Shown here one piece after another: positions 51,201-60,589 of a stretch of DNA of 64,000 bases. The DNA comes from Raillietiella orientalis. Taxonomy: Eukaryota. The stretch's first letter is position 1; each line of letters starts with the position of its first letter. The stretch lies in contig JAYWIR010000001.1 in NCBI GenBank assembly GCA_036172245.1, forward strand, positions 10,230,001 through 10,294,000, given 5' to 3'. The notes under the pieces were generated by a model. That model saw only the letters and a list, made by a program, of their open reading frames with translations. It was not told where the DNA came from and ran no database searches. A program made the translations under genes and the position numbers.

Positions 51201-53292
51201 CCTCCATCGAGTTTTCGTTCTTTGCTGTAGTGGGTCGAAAATATCTATGCGACCTTTTCCAGCAGTCTTTAATTGAAGTCACACCTGCGTGCTGGTCTTC
51301 AATCTTCCATTACAGCTTCTTACTCTCGAACCTCCAGCGGATGGATGCATGCTTGTACTGGCTCCACTCCCGATTCGCATCACCTGAGGAAGCATTTGCA
51401 GACGAGTGATATATCATCGACGCAAGTCTTAAATGCCTTTATAAAAATCCCTGTAAGACCTGAATTCTGTTGAAGGAACACTTGGTCGCATGTGGCTGCG
51501 TTCGATCCAAGGAACATTCGCTCTTTCTGACCTCGAGATGACTGCACGAATGAATTCGCAGAACGTGGCAGAAGAGATTGTGTGATTCCGTTTCGAGTTT
51601 CGTACTTCTTCAACAAAGATGGCCGCAGCTACGTTCGCCTTCTTTCGTACACCCGAGATATAGGGACCACGGACCTGCGGCCGATTCATTTACTGCAAGC
51701 GGCGATAATGGATGCAGTAAAAAGATAGTTGCTCAGATGGGAAGTTTGGCAACTGATGAAATCTTGAGCTTCTCTGTTCTTCAGAAGAAGCCAAGTTTGC
51801 GGTTTGGCAGTGGCCGTTATCTTCATCCATTGGGTTTGTTTTCTTGAAGTGAGTTCACAGTAAGTGAACCTGTCATAAAATAATGATGCTTTTCCAAAAA
51901 CAGAATTTTTCCATTTTCGTTGTGCAGAAATGTATTCGGAACTCTTCAAAGATGCTCTGAGCTTCCATGCGAGGCCTCCTTGGTTGGTTTTGGAGCGATA
52001 TCTGGATTGCAATCATGCCGACATTCCGAAGGGTGGTCACTGGTGACTCAATCAGCATTTTAATGTCTTATTTATTAAAAAGTCTTAGATGTGCGTATCT
52101 GCTTGTTAGCTATATCTGGGAACCAACTTTGGACCAAGCATTACTCCATAGCCCGCATCATGAAGTCAGAGATCACTGGGCAGCTGACCAGTCGAATCCC
52201 ATCCCGTTAACTGCACCCGGCTTTCCGAAGAAGGAATCTCATCAACCTTCATGCTGTCTCACATCTGCCTGCAACGTAGACGTCTTCTTAAGAAGCTTCC
52301 TTCTCAGGAATTCCGACGCCATTTCTGATGGAAGACGTCCATATCGCAAGCACCGTATCCGTGATCACCGGCCTTCTGCAGTGTTGCAGTGGCAAACGAT
52401 TGATAGATAACAAGGAGTCTTCTGCAATTTGATCATGGATGACAACATGGATGCGAACTTTGCAGCAACATCAAAGAGAATCATTTGTCTTTCCTGGGTT
52501 TCAAATAAATGTTTTCGACTCGATCGCAATAAAATGCATTGTTTCCTCTTTCGTCTTCGTGATGAGTTCTTTCTCTCTCTCTCTCTTTTCCAACCGTGAG
52601 AATGGTCTCGACAGAACGCGGCAACTGAAAGCCCCAGCCGCATTATTTGCGACCACATCTTGCTTCAAAAGCGCATGTGAAAAATCCAGAACACGTTATT
52701 CCACCGCGAAGTGTTACTCTTACAGGAAAGCAACCAATGGACACGGATCCAGAAGTTTCAATACAAAATCGACTGTTCAAACGACATGGTATCACGAACA
52801 AAAGCTTAAAGTTCTCTCTCTCTCTCTCTCTTTCCGAACCGTCAGAATGGTCTCAACAGAACGCGGCAACTGAAAGCCCCAGTCGCATTATTTGCAACCA
52901 CGTCTTGCTTCAAAAGCGCATTGGTGATATGGACCAAAGCACATATGAAATTGTTTTCCGTTGAGGACAATCAATTCTGGCTCACTCACTGATGCTGACG
53001 ATGGCTAGCTGCTGCTTTGCTAAGGAAATCGTAAATCTTGCATCTCTCGGTGGAAAAAATGCTGCATGCTCGAATGCTCACTTCTTGAAGATGATTCTAT
53101 TGACATGAAAAAATGCTGCATGGGATTTTTCTTCCCGAAATTTCCCCGAAAGACCTGCATTGAGTTTTCGTTCTTTGTTCTAGTGGATCCAAAATATCCG
53201 TGCTATCTTTTCCAGCGGTCTTTAATTGCAGCAGCATACCTGAGTGCTGGTCCTCAATCTTCCACTTCAGCTTCTCATCCTTGCACTCCGGC
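51201..53292. repeat. Diverged ~135-bp direct repeat pair (51201-51338 and 53154-53292)
   Basis: GAGTTTTCGTTCTTTG..TAGTGG..AAAATATC..CTTTTCCAGC.GTCTTTAATTG..GTGCTGGTC.TCAATCTTCCA is present in both copies. Confidence 0.9.
52571..52921. repeat. Near-identical ~105-bp direct repeat pair (52571-52676 and 52812-52921), each starting in a (CT)n tract
   Basis: AGAATGGTCTC.ACAGAACGCGGCAACTGAAAGCCCCAG.CGCATTATTTGC.ACCAC.TCTTGCTTCAAAAGCGCAT occurs twice. Confidence 0.95.
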
Positions 53293-55179
53293 ACATGAAT
53301 GCGTGCTCGAAAATAACCCAGGTGAAGCACACATGCAGCTTCGCTCGCCTCATGGCATCACTGCATCTCCTCGTCTGGAACACCATTAGGAAGTGAATGC
53401 CAGTGCAATGAATTCCACTGAAGAACGAGTTCTCTTGTTATCTTTTCAGAATTCCAACTACGCTGCTGAAGCCAATGGTCCCATTCTTCTGTTTTTCAGA
53501 GAGCTTGTATCCATATCTGCATTCTCGTCTATGGTCGGTATACAGCCAGGTAGCATGGAAGCCAGCCAGAAGCGCAGATGCTGACATCTGTTCTGAACCA
53601 TATCGGTATTGGAGATGGGCAGATAAGTCACACATTCTGATACTCCTGCTGTTCCATAAGAGTAGTGTTCTTTTCGCTTGGAAGAGTCCCTGTTCGTCTG
53701 TGCGCATCAAGAGATCTTGACGTTACAGAGCGGGTCACATATTCAGACCATCACCCACTCCCACTGCTGCATGCGATTCTTCAGTTCTCTTTAGATAAGT
53801 TCCGACTTTGTGTGGAGACGACTAACAAGATAATCTGCAGTCGGCTTCAATCCTTGCTCCACTGTTGATAAGATCTAGTTTGAATTTCGTGGGGATTACG
53901 AGAACACGCCGTCTTAAGCTCCAGACGATTCCGAATCATGGAGTCGCATACGACACGCCATCTTGGCCAATGAGCAGAACTTACAAATGCCCTCACAGCT
54001 GAGGTACGCAGCTCCCTCGTGGACAGAGTCGATTTTTTCCTCCACAAAGCAAATCTGCAATGTGGTCTGTATCCAAAATTCTTCTCTCAAACATCAGGGA
54101 ATAGCCTAATTGATTGCAAAGCTTCGGCGCATGTCTTTTCCAGGAACTTTTAACTCTACGGGAACACGGAGTTGTGGCAGTATCAGCGGTTTGCAAGTCG
54201 AGGACACATTTCATCGGAGCGAACGCGGGAGCTCAGCATCCAAACTGAAGGTAAGCACGTCGGAATTCTGTGCTTTCGCATACTTTGCACAATGACGTTG
54301 TTGCCTGCCTGCTGTTGCTGGGTGAGGATTTCTCGTGGGCCGTGGGCAAGCAAGGCTTTATCTCGAGCTTTCGATCTGGATTTCGTGTGTGCTGTCGATG
54401 TGGGAGGTCCGCGGGTGGATCGTGAAGATCGATACCCGGAAAGCGAAAACGTGCCGAGTGAAATTGGTGCTGCTGCAAACAGAACGCCTTGTCGTCGAAC
54501 TGCGGGGATTTCGAGCCGGGCGGATGACAGTCCCGAAGAGTTTCGGTTCCCAGCGGCAAGCGGTTGAATCCACGAGGAACGGCAAGCCGAGGCATGCCCG
54601 CCGAAGGCTTCAACATCCGTGCAGTGTTTGGATTCGGTGGTCAGGAGGAGGCAGGGATTGCACGCTCTTGTTTGGAAAGATTTCTTCCCTGTTGAAAGAT
54701 ACTTTTCCAAGAGGGGAAGGTCGGCGGTCTCTGAGGTTTTCCCTAAGCCGAAGGGAAGTGTTTACGGGAAGGAGCGTTCCTTTTGCGAAAACCCGAATGC
54801 GCGTTTTCTTTCGAAGGTAATGTTTGATTGCTGTTCAAAATCATGGCTAGAGTTGGTGGTGTTTCCGATGTCTTGCAAAGCATCGTTAAACAGAAACACG
54901 TAGGTTCGTTGCAGCTGCACAGAAAGAAACCCGCTTTATGCTCTCAGCCAAAGGCGCAATGAAGACAGAGAAATCTGAACGGGGTGAACGTGGGAACACG
55001 CAGAAGATCTATTCCCAAACGGGAATGGGGAGGGCCTCGAAAACGTTCTCGCGCTTTACCAACGTTTTCGTACGCACGTTTTCATATCAAGACGATTCCT
55101 GCTAATATTTATTCGCGCAAGGGGACGAGACCGCCTCCGAAAACGGAAATCGGTGGAGCTTTTGAAGAGAAACTCTGAG

Positions 55180-58100
55180 TGCTCGACTTCCTCTCGATGC
55201 TGGAAGTGTCACCTCCGCTAAGTCATTCCGATGTGTGGGGAGTGCGATCCTGCTGTTTGGAACTCCTCATTACATCGCTCTGGGGGTGCCCATCCGCCGC
55301 TAAAATTTTCGGAACGGGAAACAGGCAAAGAGGGATGAAGGAGCACCGACTCCACGGCCGGAATCCCTCCCGGAACCGAAGGCGTTGCGATCTCACGCTG
55401 CTCCTGTGGTTCCGCCGACTGCCGGTCTGTGCGTGCTTACGTCACTCTCCCGTGCAAAGACTGGAATTTTTCAGATTTCTCTGCTTGTCGGGGCGGAAAC
55501 GCCCGGTGTGCTCGCAGACGCTCGCATGGATTTTCGATAGCGTGGTCTGGAGAGCGAGTAGCTCGGTTTTGCTTTCGGAGGCTGCCAAAGGCAGGAAAAT
55601 GCGACTCGGACGGAATCACCGGCAAAGGTCAAACGGTTTCCTCCTTGGCTGGGTGCGCCGTTGGTTCTCTCTGCGTACTCGCGAGGTGGGTTCAGGAGAG
55701 CACGCGGGTTCGATTTTCGGCACCTGCACGGCACAGGAAGCACCCGTCCATCCCGGAAAATCCCGGGATTCGTGTGTCGTTCAGGAGAGAAACGCGCTTT
55801 TCCGGGTTGCAGGGTCGACAAGCTTGCAATCGAGAGGTTTCGGAAAAATTCTGGGTAAAGAATCAGCAAAACCAGAAACCAGAAAACCCGCGTCTCCATG
55901 CGACCATGATTTACTGGCGCTGAAAATGCGGGAGGACCTCGAAGTCTTCATCCAGAATTTTGCCTCCTCGTATCAGCGGTCCTGGAATCTCAAACGCAGG
56001 AGGCAGTGTAAATTTTAGTGTCAGGGTCATCAAGTCAGAAGCAGATGATCTCGATTGGGATGAAAAGGATGTTCTGGTCCCCGCGACGAACCCAGAGTTC
56101 CGAAGGATATCTAAAGTGCGGAAGACTGTATTGAATCAGAGCGTATGGTTGGACTCGGTCACCATTTGGAACGTTTTTCACTTCTGTCAAGTCAGACGTA
56201 CGACTATGTGCATTTTTAGGTTGGATCGGTGTTTTGTTTGTTTATTCTATTTGTTTTTTCTTCATTTGAATTTTCAGCATTTTGTTTTGTTACAGTTTTG
56301 CAGTTAATCGCAAGAGTTTGGTTCCACCAATCAGTTCCGTTTATTGGTTCCGCTGCAAACCTCAATCGAGACTTTTCGATTCCTGGAATGCAGACGAAGC
56401 TCATGCATCATCAATGCAGCAGGATTACCTTTCCTATCTTTTGACCTCATTTTGGGAATCAGAAGGAAAATGCTCATTGTGAATATGGAATGGGGGATGA
56501 GTCGATCTTCACTCCTCAGAGCTTCCTGCCGTACAGAATGCGTGGATTCCGCTTCCTTTACAACACGCTGAAACCAGACGAGCGAATGGCTGCAGACAGT
56601 AGGGTCGACCATGCCACTTTTCCTCTGTTTCTTATCCCCTAGTCTGTGGAGGGTCTGCAACCATAATGCTCTGGTGCTGAAGACACATGTGACACATGTG
56701 GCTCTCTGCTCGGAGGGAAAATCTTGTTCCTATCAAGGGGATATGATGTGACTTCGACTCCTTACAACTCAGTGGATCGTTGTGATCTCCAAGCAGCATC
56801 CATTTTGTAAGGAATGTTTGCAGCGACCACGTGAGATTGCTGTGAAAATTGAGAGCGAAAAATCATCTGTGGTTGTGAAAAATAAAGCCGAATAAGAGCG
56901 AAGGCTGAAAGACTCATGTCGTAGAGAACGCTTCGTGCTTCTGTGGGAAATTGCCTCGAAACCTCGGAGTAGTAATCATTTATAATACCTGGAGTGGGAT
57001 TAAGCAGCTATTTTCCATGTAATACTCCTTTCCCCCCCCACACACACCTTCCTTTTTTAGAAGGAACTTTTCTCATTCAATAAGGAGAACTTGAACCAGC
57101 ATTCAGCGTGTCTTGCATTCTTAGTGCCCTGAGAAACCTCCATTGCCACAGGGAAGGTTACTGATTCGACATTGATTCTTCGATCTCACATATTTGTGTA
57201 TACCATGAGGAGAAGGCATAACAAAAGATATGGAATCGAATTTGCTTCTGACTTGCCTTTGCAGTCATTCCTGTCACGAGACAGCCCCAACGCTGTTTCG
57301 CTGCTTTGACTTCACAGGTCATGCATTTTTTTCCGGGTCAGCACGTGTCATCGGAGCACCCATGGAAACACAACTCTTTGTTTTGAGCTTACGTGGAGGG
57401 ATCCGTACCACACACGTGTGGCAACTCACGCCAGCCGCTTGATAGCCTCTTTTCCGACTATAGTTTGCACTTTTCCACCAAAAGCAAGTACGCAGTTCTT
57501 TGTCCACTTGCGCATACGCACTTTGCGCGCATTCTAAGCAGTTTCCCATTTGTTACAGAGGAAAGACGTCTAAATCAGTAGCATAACACTTGCATGCCTT
57601 TATACCAGCCGTACCCTACCCATGTGCATGTTGAAAGGTGGCAATCGCAAACATACATGAACACACTTCCATGCAGTGTGTGTGTACGTATGTGATGCGC
57701 TGTGGGAGTGCTTATGAGGACAGTGTTATCCCATAGTGATGGAGTTGGTTTCACGGAAATCGTGCGAGCATCTTCAATAGATTTCATAAATTCCCACTGA
57801 TCTCTGGAACACGGATTCAAGGGAGAATGATCAGCTCTTTTCGAGGAGGCCTTTATTTATTTGCCTTTGGACACAAGCCCATGCCAATTTTACGACTTAT
57901 TCCATTAGAGCAGTAACCGTTACTTTGGAAACAATCATGTTTTCAAGAAACCATGAAAAGCTGGAAGAGATCATCGCATTTTTATGCAAAAGTGAAATCT
58001 CAAACATTCATTACGGAAACATAATTAGACGGCGTACAGGGATGCAGAAGGATTCCAATTTTTCATGGATTTTTCGATTCAGATTTATTTTTCTGGAAAA

Positions 58101-60250
58101 AAAAAAAAAATTCTGCTGTATAGAAACTTCTGATTGGCTTGATAGAAAGAGAAATGGAATGACCCCAAGCAAGCGATCAACTCTTCAATCCTATGAGCGA
58201 TCTCTGAATAAATTTCCAGGGTCTGAATGCCAGTCTGAGAAAAACAGATGACTTCACGCGAAAGAAAGATGAAAAATCGGATGAAAAACAGCGTTCAGAA
58301 AGAACGACAGATTGGACAGAGATGAAACACTTTCTGAAAGTTTGCTAAAATGCCGAATCGCCTCCCAGATGGTGACTGAAAACATCGCTGATGGGAATAG
58401 GTCAGCATCTTGGATGCCGCAACATCACGAAAATAATCCGAACGTATAGTGAGGGTCAAAGAAAGTGATCATTATACGACTGACTTCAGCAGCTTTGAGG
58501 TCATCACGAGATAAGAGATGCAAATGTATGGTTTCCACTTTCTTATTTCTTGCCGACGACGGCAAGTTTTCTCTTCTATGAATGAAATGATGTGATCAGA
58601 AGTGTAAATGCTGAAACGGAGTCAGGAGAAACATGCAAAGACATATCGCACACCATTTTCGAGTCCAGTATCCTCCCGAACGGTCTGTCAGATTGGAACC
58701 ACAAAAGAAATTTCTCTACTCAACTGTCTAGCGTGATTGGTCACCTTAAGCTATTGGAAAGACGTGATAGAGGATTCTTTGGTCCCGGACAGATGTAGGT
58801 CATCCTCATGAAAATGGAGTATCTGATATCCAATATCCAGTATCTGATTCCACTTCATGAAGTCGACTTGGGAAAGCGGACCCTACACAAAATTAAAGAT
58901 GCAGTCCCTCGTGATCGCGAACTTCGCCGGTAGTTGTTTAATGGAGTCCACATGGGATGCTGTGACAGATCTTTGGTCGCAGATCAGTTTCATTGAGAAA
59001 GAGAAGTTGAATTCAATTTTCGTGAAGACGAAAACTTACGAAGCTCTCAGCCGGAGAGGTCCTCGGCTAATGCACCCTCCCTGTTGTTACACTCCGTTTG
59101 TGCAGACTTTTCTAACCGCTTTCTTGGGTTTCGTTTTCTATCTCAGAGAACACTCTGGAACAATCTGCTATTTCTTTTCCATGCCCGATCAATTTTTGCT
59201 AAGACAGAATCGGCGTTCTTCTTCTCAAAAAAGAAAAAATCTACACCGCGTTTCTCCACATAGAATTTGTCTTCATACCACGTTGCTAGGATCGCCACGA
59301 ATTTGCCACAAACAGGACAAGTCCGAGTTGCGAAGTCCTGGATGGTTTGTTCTTTTACCACATCTCGTATTAGATCGCCTGCTGGCGACGTTCTATTCAA
59401 TCTGGATTGCTTCGAACAGGTTTTGGTTCCGGAACAATTCCCGTCTCATTTGAGTTCAATCCGGACCACATTCCGGTCGGAGAAACCATTAATCGGAAAG
59501 CTCTGAAACTGTGGAAACTCCATGAGATGGCTTTCTCAATTTCATGACCGAATGGAATCTTCGAACTAACGAGGGTGAGAGTGCAGGTGTCCACCTTGCG
59601 GACCTCCTGCTCCCTGGCCTTTTGGTTTGAAAGCGTTCACTTCGACCTCACGACCTGTAGTGACCGCACCGCTCCAGAGGCTGAACGAAAAGGGAAATTC
59701 CATCCGAAGAACTGCTTTCACGAGCACCGTATCACGGATTGCGTCCTCGAGTATTTCGCGTACTTTCCGACGTATGAATGGAATCTCAGCGGCATCGATT
59801 AGTTAGTTGTACTCGCTGTTGTGTCTTCGGCGTTCACATTTCAAGAAACGAGACATCATTCTTGCGTGGAGAAGGCAGTTTCCAGCCATCGATCTGCCGT
59901 TATGCGTCCATTGGAAAGCTCTTTAGTGAGCGCACTGAGATGAAATCCTATTGTCTGCAGAATCGAATGATCCATTCAAGACAACAGTACCCACTTTAAT
60001 TCTTGTACTTCACTCGGCTACAAGCGAAGCGAAAGTACGCGTCATCAAGATGGAAATCTTTCTCCGGGAACTGCTTTGCTTCTGCGAAATGATGAATCCC
60101 CAATTAAACTGGAGTACTACTGGGGAGCTTCGCTTTGCAACATGGAAAGAGATGTACGATCTCCTTGTTTGCAGCAAGCGGCATTTTACAGCCCTGTTGA
60201 TGCTCGGATATCGGTCGCCCCTGTGAGCAGTCGGCAAGTGCAGCCGTCCT
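55180..60250 (+). pseudogene. Decayed PPR-E relic with N-terminal extension
   Basis: SHSCHETAPTLFRCFDFTG, FSRNHEKLEEIIAFL, RLDRDETLSESLL, QNRMIHSR and E-like LLGSFALQHG (~60115-60145). Confidence 0.5.
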
Positions 60251-60589
60251 CGCTTTGAGGCTGAGAAATGTCTTATTCTCTGTCAACTGAACATTCACCA
60301 TGGCTGCCTTTTTCTCATAGGAGGCGAACGTGTCGGCTAATCTGGAATACACTCCAGAACACACGAAAAGTGCTCTTACAAATCCAATCTCAGAGTGGCA
60401 GTTTATTTTTTCATCTTCTTTCCTATTTTCTGATAGGTTTCGGTAATTTCCATCTCACTGTCCCTCCGCCCGTGATCCAACTGAATCCCGTAAGCGACTT
60501 GAAAAGTTCGGGTGACGAAGCAGGTGAATCGATCCCTTTCATCTCAGGGACGGCGGAAAAATTTCCTATCTCGAAGCCTTCCGAACGGG

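Larger units (their letters stand above)
47100..54700 (-). pseudogene. Long decayed PPR-E relic (possibly more than one gene)
   Basis: VTSRSLDAHRRTGTL, KQDVVANNAAGAF, MEAQSIFEE..FWKSII, YLFTASIIAACSK, GTVPDLEISF/WVLKECA, CISACA...GMRHHS, KFFDAMLQR and KMPKKNS resemble PLS repeats. Confidence 0.6.
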
